Shown: in pieces, positions 35,812 to 48,300 of the stretch | Position numbering within the stretch: the first letter of the stretch is position 1 | Layout of the letters: each line of letters starts with the position of its first letter | Source of the DNA: Chiloscyllium plagiosum | Taxonomy: Eukaryota | Assembly (NCBI RefSeq): GCF_004010195.1 | Contig: NC_057754.1 | Location: 7,405,428 to 7,469,427, forward strand | Direction: 5' to 3' | Length of the DNA stretch: 64,000 bases | The notes under the pieces: generated by a model | The model's database searches: none | What the model was told of the DNA's origin: nothing | The model's input: the letters and a program-made list of their open reading frames with translations, nothing else | Translations under genes and position numbers: made by a program

Positions 35812-36530
35812 ATCTAGAAATGAGAAGTGCTGGAGAAACTCAGTAGGTCTGGCAGCATTTGTGGAGAGAGAAAATAGTTAACATTTCAAGTCTAATTTGA
35901 TTTTTTTTCGGAACTGAAGGGGGTTGGAAAAGGTTGATTTTTATGTTGTTGACAATGGGGCAAGAGGAGCAAATAGAACAGATAGCAAGGCTGCCCAGAG
36001 CAAAAGATAAAGGGAGTGCTGATGATAGTGGAGGAGTGACATACATGCAGAATTGGTGTTAATAGTCAGTGTTAACAACAGAAAATATATCAATTTCACT
36101 GACAGCAAACCCACGCAGAACAAACACTGGAGGGAAGGGCGTGTGTCGAAAATGGAGTGCCATGTTCATGGTTTGAAGTTGCTGAACATGGTATTGAAGG
36201 CTGTAAAGTGCCTAAGTGGAAAATAAAGTCTGTTATTCCCTGTTGCACTGGGCTTTGCTGGCAAAAGGCAGCAGACCTGTGGTGGGAATGTCAGCATGGA
36301 AAGCGACCGGAAGCCTGACGTCATTCTTTTGGGCAGAGCGGTGGCTTTTTGCAAAGCCATCACACAGTCTGTCGTTGGTCATGGCAATGTCGAGGAGCCT
36401 GCACGAGGAGCAGCAGATACAGCAGAAGACTTGATTGAAAAACGCACAGGTAAATCCTTGCTTCACCCGGGCCTGACATAGGGAAGAGAAAGGAGGTAAA
36501 GGACAAATGCTGATCTCATTACTCTGAATC
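35812..36530 (-). mobile_element. Old PLE (family C): GIY-YIG relic and terminus
   Basis: FTCAFFNQVFCCICCSSCRLLDIAMTNDRLCDGFAKSHRS, a decayed PLE endonuclease motif. Confidence 0.65.
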
Positions 36531-36879
36531 CCATCTAACCCCGATAATCTCTCACTCCCGTATTTCTCGTGAATTAGTCCACATATGCTAGGGTTCAAAC
36601 CCCAGCACAGCGGCTGCAGGAATTTAAACTAAATGGTCAAATCTGGAATGTATATCTAGTTTTGGTAATCACAAAACTATCATCGATTATCATAAAGACT
36701 CCTGACCTTTGGAGAAGGAAATTGGCCATCCTTACCCAGCCTGGCCGACACGTGACTCCAGACCCACAGCAATGTTGACTCAGCTTGGTGCTGTCATCCG
36801 AGGCTGCGCTGTGTGGGTTGAAAGCAGTGAGCCTGTGGTAAGCTGCCAACTTGCACCATACTGAAATTTTTGAAAGAAT

Positions 36880-37206
36880 CTATTCACAGAATGAGGGCAT
36901 CATGGGCCAGGCCAGCCTTTATTGCCCATTCTTAAAAGCCAGGTGGACAATTGACTTATCAACCACGTTGCTGTGGGTCTTAGAGTCAATGTAGACAGCT
37001 TCCTTCCTTACAGGACATTAGTGAATTAGATGGGTTTTTTTTCCTAACAATCAACATTGGTTTCACGATCATCATTAGATTTTTAATTCCAGCCTTCCAT
37101 TGAATTCACATTCTGCCATGGTGGGATTTGAACCCAGGTCCCTAGAACATTACCAGGGTCTTTTGATTAATAGTCTTGTGATAATACCACTAGGCCATTC
37201 CTCGCC
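36880..37206 (-). mobile_element. tRNA-derived SINE family 2
   Basis: Same body as 34862-35682 and 58968-59330. Confidence 0.7.
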
Positions 37207-37659
37207 ATCCACCTGGTAGTAGATACCTCCCCATTGCCTCCTCACTACCCTCACACTGTGCCACAGCCCTGCCTATTTCTGTAACCAGTGGAAAGTTTAC
37301 AGTCTCTAGGCATGCCTCATCAGCCACATCATACAGCCAGGAAGCAGGAAGCAGATGGTTTGAGGGAGCCTTGGGGACAGGTGACAGGAAGTCTGCTTCA
37401 CACCTGAAACCGCAACAGGCAAGCTGAAAGGTTAGTCAGACGGTGTTGGAGAATTACAAACAATGTACTGGATCCAAACAGGTCAAACTGCTCGAGTGCT
37501 GGTGTTTCTCCTTTCATCTCATTCTGTCAACACATTCTGTTCCTTTCTCCATCGCATGCTGACCCAGCTCCCCACTTAAATGCAACTACCTTATTCACCT
37601 CCACTATTCTCTGTGGTAACTAGTCCCATATTCTCATTACTCTCTGACTTTCCTGAAGT

Positions 37660-39210
37660 TAAGCCCTTTGCTGAGATATTTGTAGTCACAGGTGAAATGC
37701 CAGAAGACTGGAGATCGGCTAACATGGTACCACTATTTATGAAAGGTAGTAAGGAAAAGCCAGGGAACTATAGACCGGTGATCCTGATGTCGGTGGTGGG
37801 CAAGTTGTTGGAGGGAATCCTGAGGGACAGGATGTACATGTATTTGGAAAGGCAAGGACTGATTATGACTGCCCATGAATTTAAGGCAGTGGGACCTAGA
37901 GATGTACAGCAAGGAAACAGACCCTTCAATCCAACTTGTCCATGCTGACCAGATATCCCAATGTAATCTAGTCCCACTTGCCAGCACCCGACCCAAATAT
38001 CTCTCCAAATACTTCCTATGTCTCATGAACTTGATTGTGGACAGAGAGGTAGATGTGAACAATATGGATTTCAGTAGGGTGTTTGACAAGGTTCCCCATG
38101 GGAGACTGGTTAGCAAAGTTAGAACTCATGGAATACAGGGAGAACTCGCCATTTGGATACAGAACTGGCTCAAAGGTAGAAGATAGAGGGCAGTGGTGGA
38201 GGGTTGTTTTTCAGACTGGAGGCCTATGGCCAATGGAGTACCACAAGGATCAGTGCTGGGTCCACTACTTGTTGTTATTTATATAAATGATTTGGATGCG
38301 AGGGTAAGAGGTATTGTTAGTAAGTTTGCAGATGACACCAAAATTGGAGGTGTAATGGACAGTGAAGAAGGCTACCTCAGATTACAATGGGATCTTGATC
38401 AGATGGGCCAATAGGCTGAGGAATGGCAGATGGGGTTTAATTTAGATAAATGCGAGGTGCTGCATTTTGGGAAAGCAAATCTTAGCAGGACTTATACACT
38501 TAATGGTAAGGTTCTAGGGAGTGCTGCTGAACAAAGAGACCATGAAGCACAGGTTCATAGCTCCTTGAAAGTAGAGTCGCAGGTAGGTAGGTTAGTATGC
38601 TTTCCTTTATTGGTCAGAGTATTGAGTACAGACATTGGGAGGTCATGTTGCGGATGTACAGGACATTTGTTAGGTGACTTTTGGAATATGGCGTGTAATT
38701 CTGGTCTCCTTCCTATTGGAAGGATGTTGTGAAACTTGAAAGGGTTCAGAAAAAATTTACAAGGATGTTGCCAGGGTTGGAGGATTTGTGCTATAGGGAG
38801 AGGCTGGGGCTGTTTTCCCCCAGAGCATCGGAGGCTGAGGGGTGACCTTATAGAGGTTTATAAAATCATGAGGGGCATGGATAGGATAAATAGACAAAGT
38901 CTTTTCCTTGGGGTTGGGGAGTCCAGAACTAGAGGGCGTAGATTTAGGGTAAGAGGCGAAAGGTATAGAAGAGGCCTAAGGGGCAGCTTTTTCATGCAGT
39001 AGTTGGTACATGTACCGAATGAGCTGCCAGAGGAAGTGGTGGAGGCTGGTACAATGACAACATTTAAAAGGCACCTGGATGGGTATATGAATAGGAAGGG
39101 TTTGGAGGGATATGGGCCGGGTGCTGGCAAGAGGGACTAGATTACATTGGGATATCTGGTTGGCATGGACGAGTTGGATCGAAGGGTCTGTTTCCGTGCT
39201 GTACATCTCT
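37660..39210 (+). mobile_element. CR1 5'-truncated ORF2
   Basis: PGNYRPV, GVPQGSVLGPLL, KFADDTK RT motifs; intact 3' tail. Confidence 0.92.
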
Positions 39211-39249
39211 AGGTCCCACTGCCTTAAATTCATGGGCAAAATACTGTTG

Positions 39250-39432
39250 GCACTGGAAATCTAAAACAAACCGAAAATGCTGGAGAAAGTCAGCAGGTCT
39301 GGCAGCATCTGTGCAGAGAGAGAAACAGACTTAATGTTTCGAGTCTGGTGACACTTCCTCAGAACTATTTCTCTTTCCCCAGAAGCTGCCAGACCTGCTG
39401 TGTTTCCCCAGCATTCTCCGTGTTTGTTTTAT
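39250..39432. mobile_element. Fold-back PLE terminus (family C)
   Basis: ATGCTGGAGAAAGTCAGCAGGTCTGGCAGC inverted to GCTGCCAGACCTGCTGTGTTTCCCCAGCAT. Confidence 0.7.
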
Positions 39433-39449
39433 ATTCATGGGCCCCTAGT

Positions 39450-39925
39450 TGATGTGGTCTCATCCACAAATGGCAACAACAATGCTTAAGAAGCTCGACA
39501 CCATCCAGGCAAAGCAGCCCCGCTTGATTGGCACCACATCCACCAACATCCACTCCCTTCACCACTGACGCTCAGTAGCAGCAATGTGTACCATCTACAA
39601 GATACATTGAAGAAATTCACCAAAGATCCTTAGGCAGCATCTGGAAGGATCAAGGTAACAGATACATGGGAACACTACTCCCTCCTAGTTTCCCTTTGAG
39701 CCACTCGCTATCCTGACTTTGAAATATATTGGTTGTTCCTTCAGTGTCACTGGGTCAAAATCCTGCAATTCTCTCCCTAGGGGCATTGTGAGTTAAACTA
39801 TAGCATGTGGACTCCAGTGGTACAAGAATCAGCTCAGCACCACCTTCTTCAGGGACAGCTAGGAATGGGCAATAAATGCTGGCCAGCCAGTAATGCCCAG
39901 ATCCCACATTTGAATAAAAAAAAAC
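39450..39925 (+). mobile_element. LINE-B 3' end
   Basis: LKKLDTIQAKQP; tail GGGCAATAAATGCTGGCCAGCC then A-run. Confidence 0.75.
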
Positions 39926-40169
39926 TTACCTACATCTACATTGTCAAACCTTTGAGAGAACACAAACAGGCCACGCACTACGGTTCTGATGAAGGCTGTT
40001 GACCTACTGGCCCACTTCTAACTCCCATTAGTGCGGCTGTCAGATCCTGTGTTTCTGTAACATGAGCTACGTTCACTTAATCGTCAAGTACTGGCTGGTG
40101 GGATTTTTTTTAAACCTTTGTTGCTGTTCATTATCATGGTGGTCAAGGCTTATTGACGCTGGGAAGTGA

Positions 40170-41995
40170 GACACCCCCCGGTATGAACAGCACAGGGTTA
40201 GATTGAGAGTAAAGCTCTCTCTACTCTTTTAAACTGAAAGTATAGCTACCTTTACACTGTTACCATCACACACTCCCAAGACAGCAACAATACGGGGTAA
40301 GATACAGAGTACTGGATGCTGGATGTTACAGATGTGCTGGACATTTTGAAGAACATGAGAATAGATAAGTCCCATGGGCCAGATGGGATATACCCAAGGT
40401 TACTATGGAAAGCGAGGGAAGAGATTGCTGCGCCTTTGGTGATGATCCTTGTGCCCTCACTGTCCATTGAAGTAGTACCAGATTGTTGGAGGATGGCAAA
40501 TGTTATTCCCTTGTTGGAGAAAGGGAATATGGATAACCCTGGGAATTGCAGACCAGTTAGTCTGACATCGGTGGTGGGCATATTATTGGAGAGGATTCTG
40601 AGTGCAGGATTTTTTATTATTTGGAAAAGCATAGTTTGATTAGAGATTGTCAGCATGGCTTTGTGAGGGACAGGTCATGCCTCACAAGCCTTATTGAATT
40701 CTTTGAGGATGTGACAAAACACATTGATGAAGGTAATGCACTGGATGAATTTTAGCAAGGCGTTTGATAAGGTTCCCCACGGTAGGCTCATTCAGAAAGT
40801 AAGGAGGTATGGGATACAGGCAAATTTGGGTGTCTGGATACAGATTTGGCTGGTCCATAGAAGACAGAAGGTGGTAGTAGATGGTAAGTATTCAGTCATG
40901 AACTCGGTGACCAGTTGTGCAGGGATCCATTCTCAGACCTCTGCTCTTTGTGACTTTTGTAAATGACATGGATGAGGAAGTGGAAAGGTGGGTTAGTAAG
41001 TTTGCTGATGACACAAAGGTTGATGGAGTTGTGGATAGTGTGGAGGGCTGTTATAGTTTGCAACTGGATATTGACAGGATGCAGAACTGGGCTGAGAAGT
41101 GGCAGATGGAGTTCAACCTGGAAAAGTGTGAAGTGATTTATTTTGGAAGGTCAAATTTGAATGCAGTCTACAGGGTTAAAGGCAGGATTCTTGGTAGTGT
41201 GGAGGAACAGTGGGATCTTGGGGTCCGCGTCCATAGATCCCTCAAAGTTTTCACCCAAGTTGGTAGGGTTGTTATCGAAGGTATTTGGTGTGTTGGCTTT
41301 CATTAGCAGGGGGATTGAATTTAAGAGCTGCGAGGTTATGTTGCAGCTCTATAAAGCCCTGCTTAGACCACCCTTGGAGTATTGTGTTCAGTTCTAGTCG
41401 CCTCATTATAGGAAAGATGTGAAAGCTTTACAGAAGAAAGGTTGAGAAAGCTAGGGCTTTTCTCATTGGAGTGAAGAAGGTTGAGAAGTGACTAGATAGA
41501 AGTGTACAAGATGATAAGAGACAGAGATAGAGTGGATAGCCAGAGACTTTTTCCCAGGGCAGAAATGGCAATGACAAGGGGGCATAATTTTAAGGTGATT
41601 GGAGGAAAGTTTAGAGGAGATGTCAGAGGTAGGTTCTTTACACAGAGAATGGAGGGTGTATGGAATGGCACTGCCAGCTTGGTAGTAGAGTCAAATATAT
41701 TAGGGACATTTAGTGACTCTTGGATAGGCACAAAGATGATAGTAAAATGATGTGTGTTTGATCTTAAGAGTAGGATAAAACATTGGCACAACATCGAGGG
41801 CCTGTACTGTGCTGTACTGTTTTATGACCTATGTTCTAAAACTTCTTCTACACTGTCCTCATCAAACACTTCCAGGACAGTGACAGCATGGAGTTAGATA
41901 AAGTTCCTTCTACCCTTTTAAACTTAAAGTTAAGTTTCCTCTACATTGTCCCCATCAAACATTCCCAAGACAACAGCAGCACGGGATTATTTACA
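40170..41995. repeat. Degenerate tandem repeat split by a CR1 insertion (repeat at 40170-40312 and 41840-41995)
   Basis: CTACACTGTCCCCATCAAACACTCCCAGGACAG...GTTAGATACAGAGTAAAG units on both sides. Confidence 0.6.
40313..41838 (+). mobile_element. CR1 5'-truncated ORF2
   Basis: DKSHGPDGIYPRLL, FSKAFDKVPHGRL, KFADDTKV. Confidence 0.92.
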
Positions 41996-42963
41996 ATCAT
42001 ACAGCTTGTCATTAAGTCAGTGACAATCCTAAAATATAACTGAGCTCTTCTGGTACTTTCTATGAAACCAAATGACATTTTTAGCAACAGGATCGAATTC
42101 AGTCAGGAACAGAGAGAAAAGGGAAATGCGGTAGGTTTAGAAAGTTTTCATATAAACCATGTCATATCGGAAGGGTACAGAAATTTGTCAACCCCTGAAG
42201 AAAGTGACAGATCATCATTTCAGTTCAAGACCCTTCCTTCAGCTGAGGACATGAGTCAGACCAAACCATCAAGTGGTGGCAGAGGTTACACTATGACAGG
42301 AGACAACAGACTGCTTCTAACCTAGGGTTTGGAGGAGTCTGAAGAGTCCCAATGCCATCTATCTATGGGTCCCGTTTGGAACCAGGAAGCAACAGACTTG
42401 GCCAGTCTAGACAAACTGGAAGAATATAAGATCATAAGGAATAGAAGAGATGTAGGCCACTTAGAACTTAAAGCGTGCTCTGTCATTCAACTTGATCACA
42501 GCTGACCTTCTACCTCAATGCATTCTTCGGTGGTATGAACATGCAACAAAGAAACATGAGTGTGACATTTGGCTCTTTGAGCCTGCTGTGTCATTCAGTA
42601 TGAACTTTCCTTTATTGGTCAGAGCATTGAGTATAGGTGTTGGGAGGTCATGTTGTGGCTTTAGAGGACATTGGCTAGTCCAGTTTTGGAATATTGTGTG
42701 CAGTTCTGGTCTCTCTCCTATCGGAAGGATGTTGTGAAACTTGAAGGGGTTCAGAAAAGATCACAAGGATGTTGCCAGGGATGGAGGGTTTGAACTATAG
42801 GGAGGGGCTGAATAGGCTCGGGCTGTTTACCCTGGAGCATCAGAAGCTGAGGGATGACCTTATAGAGGTTTATAAAATCATGAAGGGCATGGATAGGGTA
42901 GATAGACAAGGTCTTTTCCCCAGGGTAGGGGACTACAAAACTGGAAGGCATAGGTTTAGGGTG

Positions 42964-44684
42964 CCAGCTCGCAGATACCTCCTCCTACTGCCCCCTTGAC
43001 CATGCAAACCAGCAGACAAGGGAGGCGCGGTAGTAGTTTGGCGCACCGACCTCTACACCGCTGAGGCCAAATGCCAGCTCGCAGATACCTCCTCCTACTG
43101 CCCCCTTGACCATGACCCCACCCCCCACCGCCAGACCATCATCTCCCAGACCGTCCATAACCTCATCACCTCGGGGGATTTCCCATCCACCGTCTCCAAC
43201 CTCATAGTCCCACAACCCCGCACCTCCCGCTTCTACCTCCTGCCCAAAATCCACAAACCTGACTGCCCCGGCCGACCCATTGTCTCCGCCTGCTCCTGCC
43301 CCACCGAACACATCTCCGCATACCTTGACACCGTCCTGTCCCCCTTAGTCCAAGAACTCCCCACCTACGTTCGGGACACCACCCACGCCCTCCACCTGCT
43401 CCATGATTTTCACTTCCCCGGTCCCCAACGCCTTATTTTCACCAGGGACACCCAGTCCCTGTACACCTCCATCCCCCATCACGAAGGACTCAAAGCCCTC
43501 CACTTCTTNNNNNNNNNNNNNNNNNNNNNNNNNNNNNNNNNNNNNNNNNNNNNNNNNNNNNNNNNNNNNNNNNNNNNNNNNNNNNNNNNNNNNNNNNNNN
43601 NNNNNNNNNNNNNNNNNNNNNNNNNNNNNNNNNNNNNNNNNNNNNNNNNNNNNNNNNNNNNNNNNNNNNNNNNNNNNNNNNNNNNNNNNNNNNNNNNNNN
43701 NNNNNNNNNNNNNNNNNNNNNNNNNNNNNNNNNNNNNNNNNNNNNNNNNNNNNNNNNNNNNNNNNNNNNNNNNNNNNNNNNNNNNNNNNNNNNNNNNNNN
43801 NNNNNNNNNNNNNNNNNNNNNNNNNNNNNNNNNNNNNNNNNNNNNNNNNNNNNNNNNNNNNNNNNNNNNNNNNNNNNNNNNNNNNNNNNNNNNNNNNNNN
43901 NNNNNNNNNNNNNNNNNNNNNNNNNNNNNNNNNNNNNNNNNNNNNNNNNNNNNNNNNNNNNNNNNNNNNNNNNNNNNNNNNNNNNNNNNNNNNNNNNNNN
44001 NNNNNNNNNNNNNNNNNNNNNNNNNNNNNNNNNNNNNNNNNNNNNNNNNNNNNNNNNNNNNNNNNNNNNNNNNNNNNNNCGGAGAGGTCGGGAAGAAGTT
44101 TGCAGGTTAGGGAGGCGGTGCTGAATTTGATGGATTTGACTGAGTCAGGCTGGGGGGAGGGGAAATGAGGAAACTGGTGAAATCCGAGTTCATCCCTTGT
44201 GGTTGGAGGGTTCCTAGCCGGAAGATGAGGCGTTCTTCCTCCAACCGTCGTTTTGTTGTGGTCTGGCGATGGAGGAGTCCAAAGACCTGCATATCCTTGG
44301 AGTGGGAGGGGGAATTGAAATGTTGAGCTACAGGGTGGTTGGGTTGGTTGGTCCGGGTGTCCCAGAGGAGTCAAATCCATCAAATTCAGCATCGCCTTCC
44401 TAACCTGAGATCTTCTTCCCGACCTCTCCGCCCCCACCCCAGTCTGATCTATCACCCTCACCTTGACCTCTTTCCACCTATCACATTTCTGACGCCCCTC
44501 CCCCAAGTCCCTCCTCCCTACCTTTTATCTTAGCCTGCTGGACAAACTTTCCCCATTCCTGAAGAAGGGCTTATGCCCGAAACGTCGATTCTCCTGTTCC
44601 CTGGATGCTGCCTGACCTGCTGCGCTTTTCCAGCAATACATTTCCAGCTCTGATCTCCAGCATCTGCAGACCTCACTTTCTCCT
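42964..44684 (+). mobile_element. Penelope-like retroelement (family A): RT (+), inverted GIY-YIG end (- 44080-44367), terminus (+ 44368-44684)
   Basis: KPADKGGAVVVW...FYLLPKIHKPDCPGRPIVS...SLYTSIP; minus RRLEEERLIFRLGTLQPQGMN; exact 15-bp TSD CATAGGTTTAGGGTG 42949-42963/44685-44699; contains gap 43509-44079. Confidence 0.92.
44555..44590 (+). ncRNA. Minimal type-I hammerhead ribozyme motif (predicted cleavage after 44586)
   Basis: CTGAAGA-A-GGGC-TTAT-GCCC-GAAA-CGTC; perfect stem II; palindromic ACGT at stem III. Confidence 0.65.
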
Positions 44685-45340
44685 CATAGGTTTAGGGTGA
44701 GAGGGGAAAGGTTTAACAGGGACCTAAGGGGCAACTTTTTCATGCGAAGGGTGATGCATGTGTGGAATGAGTTGCCAGAGGAAGTGGTGGGGGTTGGTAC
44801 AATTATGGCATTTAAAAGGCTTCTGAAAGGTATACGAATAGATAGGGTTTAGAGGGATATGGACAAAGTGCTGGCAAAAGGGATTAGATTAGGTTGGGAT
44901 ATCTAGTCGGTATGGACATGTCGGACAAAGCATCTGTTTCCATGCTGTACATCTCTATGACTCAGAGGGTGGACTGGCCATGCTAAATTGTCCATAGTGT
45001 TTAAGGATGTGCAGGCTAGATGGATTAGCCATGGGAAATGCAAGGTTACAGGGATAGGGTAACAGGATGGGATATTCTTCGGAGAGTCAGTGTGGATTCA
45101 ATGGGCCAAATGGCCTGCTACCACACTGTAGGAATTCTATGATCTTAATATGAGAAAAAAGCATTGGCAAATCTCTACTCCTGCATACCCCTGACAATTT
45201 TTCATCCATATAGTAATCAAGAATCTATCCACCTCCACCTTCTAAATATCTAACAATTCTGCATTCACTTCCTTTTAGAAAGGGAATTTCAAACACTCAC
45301 AATCCTCTAAAAGAAATGCATTTTCCTCATCTCTGTCTTA

Positions 45341-45629
45341 AGATTACTTACAGTGTGGAAACAGGCCCTTCGGCCCAACAAGTCCATACCGACCCACTGA
45401 AGCACACCCACCCAGACCCATTCCCCTATATTTACCGCTGCACCTAACACTGCGGGCAATTTAGCATGGCCAATTCACCTGGTCTGCACATTTTTGGACT
45501 GTGGGAGGAAACCGGAGCACCCGGAGGAAACCCACGCAGACACGGGGAGAATGTGCAAACTCCACACAGTCAGTCGCCTGAGGCGGGAATTGAACCCGGG
45601 TCTCAGGCGCTGTAAGGCAGCAGTGCTTA
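45341..45629 (-). mobile_element. HE1 SINE
   Basis: Near-consensus HE1 body. Confidence 0.9.
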
Positions 45630-45669
45630 AATGGTGGACCCCTTAATTTTTAAGTTTCACCTAGACCTT

Positions 45670-46020
45670 ACACAGGTTTACAAAATCACAAAGGGTGTAG
45701 ATAAAGTGAATATCAAAGGTCTTTTCCCCAAAGATAGGAGAGTTCAAAACAAGGGGTCATATTTTTAGGTAACAGGAGAAGGGGCAACCTTTTCCACATA
45801 GAGGGTAGTTCATATGGGGAATGAACTGCCAGAGGAAGTGGTAGATGCAGGTACTGTTACAACCTTTAAAAGACATTTGGATAGGTACAAGAATAGAAAA
45901 GATTTAGAGGGATATGGGCCAAACACAGGCAAGTGGGACTAGTTTGGGAAACTTGGTAAATGTGAATGAGTTGAACCAAAGGGACCGTTTCTGTGCTGAC
46001 TGGATCTATGACTCAATGAC
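45670..46020 (+). mobile_element. CR1 3' fragment
   Basis: GAATGAACTGCCAGAGGAAGTGGTAGATGC and tail. Confidence 0.8.
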
Positions 46021-46059
46021 TCCAGTTCTACATTCATCCCCTCAGAGGAAAATAGTTTC

Positions 46060-47390
46060 CACATCCTGGTCAAGTCTCCTCAGGATCTTATACACTTCAA
46101 TTTAGTTTCTGACTCTAAAAGGATACAGGCCTACCCTTGTATTACTTTTCCTCAAAAGGCAATCCACTTATTCCAGATATTAGTAGACTCAAGCTTCTCT
46201 GAACTACTTCCATGCATTAACATCCTTTTGTAAGTACACTGATCAGTACTGTGCACAATACTCCAGCTGTGGTCTCACCATTGCCATGCATAAGTGAGGC
46301 ATAATCAACATACTTTTGCATTCAATTCCCCTCGCAGTTAAACATAACATTCTATTAACTCTCATGAATATTTACCTGAATATTAACCTTCGATGATTTA
46401 TGTGCTTGGACACCCAGATCCCTCTGCATCTCAGCAATCTGCAAACTCCCCCCTTTTTCTTTTATTTTTTCTGCCAAAACGGTCAATTTTATCCTTTCCC
46501 ACATTATACCCCATTTGGCAGATCTTTCCCCACTCACTTAATCACATTTCTCTGTAGTCTCCTTATGTCCTCTTCACAACTCACTTTCTTACCATTGTGT
46601 CGTCAGGAAATTTACCAACCATACCTTTGGTCCCCTCATCCAACTCATTTTATATCAATTGCAATTCCTGTGGCACACCACACATGACATCCTGCCAGCC
46701 TGAAAAAGACCTGTTTATTCCTGCTTTCTGTTCACAAGCAAACTTCATGCGAATATGCTAGTTCCTACACCATGAGCTTTTATTTTGGTAAAAAATCTTT
46801 GCTGTGGCACACTTTGTCAAATATCTTCTGGAAATCAAAGTACAAATCATCCACTGGTTTCCCTTTATCTCGAGCATAAGTTACTTGAAAGAAATCCAAC
46901 AAATTAGTTAAACAAGATTTCCCTTTTACAAACCTTATTACATTGAACTTATCTAAGTGCCTAATATATGTTATAACATCTTTAATAATTGCTTCTACTA
47001 CTTCTTCTATGACAGACATTCGGTTAACTGATTTGTTTTGTCTCCCTTTTTAAATGAAGGAGTTATATTCACTATTTTCCAATCTAAATAAACCTTCCTT
47101 CCTAAACGAATCTGATGAGTTTAGGAAAATTAAAACCCACGCATCAATATCTCACTGGTTACTTCTTTTTTAAAAACCTTAGAATGAAATCTATCAGGAC
47201 CTTGCAATTGCAACAATTTACTCAGCACTACTTCCCTGGTAACTGTAATTTTCTTGAGTTCCTTCCTGCCTTTCAATTCCTGATTTGCAGCCATTTCTGT
47301 GATGTCACTTACATCCTCTCCAGTGAACACCGACACAAAATTGCTGTTCGATTCATCTGCCAACTCTTTATCACCCATTACTGATTAACA
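46060..47390 (-). mobile_element. Old CR1 ORF2 relic
   Basis: FVKGKSCLTNLLDFF, DFQKIFDKV on minus. Confidence 0.75.
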
Positions 47391-47568
47391 TTAGGCCAAT
47401 ATCTGTTCACATCCTCAGAAGCTGAAAGTCTTTTTGCCTCTGTGTTGTACATATTCAATGACATGAGCATCTACAATTTTCTGAGGTAGAGAATCCCAAA
47501 CATTCACCACTGTTTCCGTGAAGGAATCGTTACTCATTTTGGTCCTAAATGGCCAGTTCCTATTCTGA

Positions 47569-47677
47569 GTCAAGATTACTGGTGCTGGAAAAGCACAGCA
47601 GGTCTGACCTGCTGTGCTTTTCCAGCACCACTAATCTTGACTCTGATCTCCAGCATCTGCAGTCTTCACTTTCGCCT
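47569..47677. mobile_element. Tiny fold-back PLE terminus (family A)
   Basis: 38-bp inverted arms 47567-47604/47606-47643; TSD AGTTCCTAT(T/A)CTGA 47555-47568/47678-47691. Confidence 0.8.
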
Positions 47678-47934
47678 AGTTCCTATACTGACCCTATCCC
47701 CCTATGTGCTATATTCCTCTAGCCAAGGAAACATCGTCCAAGCCTCTATCCAGTCCATGTTTTATGTTTCATGGAGATTACTTTTTATCCATCTAAACTT
47801 TAGGAGACATGGACCTTGTCTACATAATATCTCTGCACACCATTCCAGGAATTGGTCCAGTGAAATTTTGTTGTACTTGATCCAAAGGAAGCATATGAGA
47901 TCATAACTGTTCGTGGCTTTCCATGTGTGGACCC

Positions 47935-48300
47935 AGTCAGTCCCCATACCATTGTACTAAGACTTCTACTCTGCTTTGCAAAGTTTGACAAACTTTGCAC
48001 GTGTCTCTCAGGGAGCCCAGGTTGCTGTGGTAATATACATTTTTACAAGCATGTTGCTGTCTGGAGCTACAGATTGTGATGGAAGGTGCTCCGACTTTCT
48101 TTCCATCACATGGCTGACCAGGTATTGTTCCTGCTTTCACCACCTCCTCTTGGCGTGGGCTGGAAGGAGTTGAAGGCTGATGTTCAACCTGCTCAGCTGT
48201 GTTATGAACATGTCCGCGATGGCCTGGGGTGGGACTGGAACCTGGAGCTTCTGGTTCACAGGCAGGGATGTTAACCCCTCCACCAACCACAGAATTAACC
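47935..48300 (-). mobile_element. Probable third tRNA-derived SINE
   Basis: Minus head ...CATCCCTGCCTGTGAACCAGAAGCTCCAGGTTCCAGTCCC; similar head at 52648-52745 (+). Confidence 0.45.

Larger units (their letters stand above)
42605..44962 (+). mobile_element. CR1 3' fragment split by a PLE
   Basis: CR1 42605-42963 resumes at 44685. Confidence 0.85.

Noticed and set aside
37580..41750. CR1 ORF pieces as host genes or active LINEs
   Set aside because: 5'-truncated, with frameshifts and stops
1134..44684. PLE target preference for CR1 elements
   Set aside because: TSD sequences share no clear motif and CR1 covers much of the window, so nesting is expected by chance
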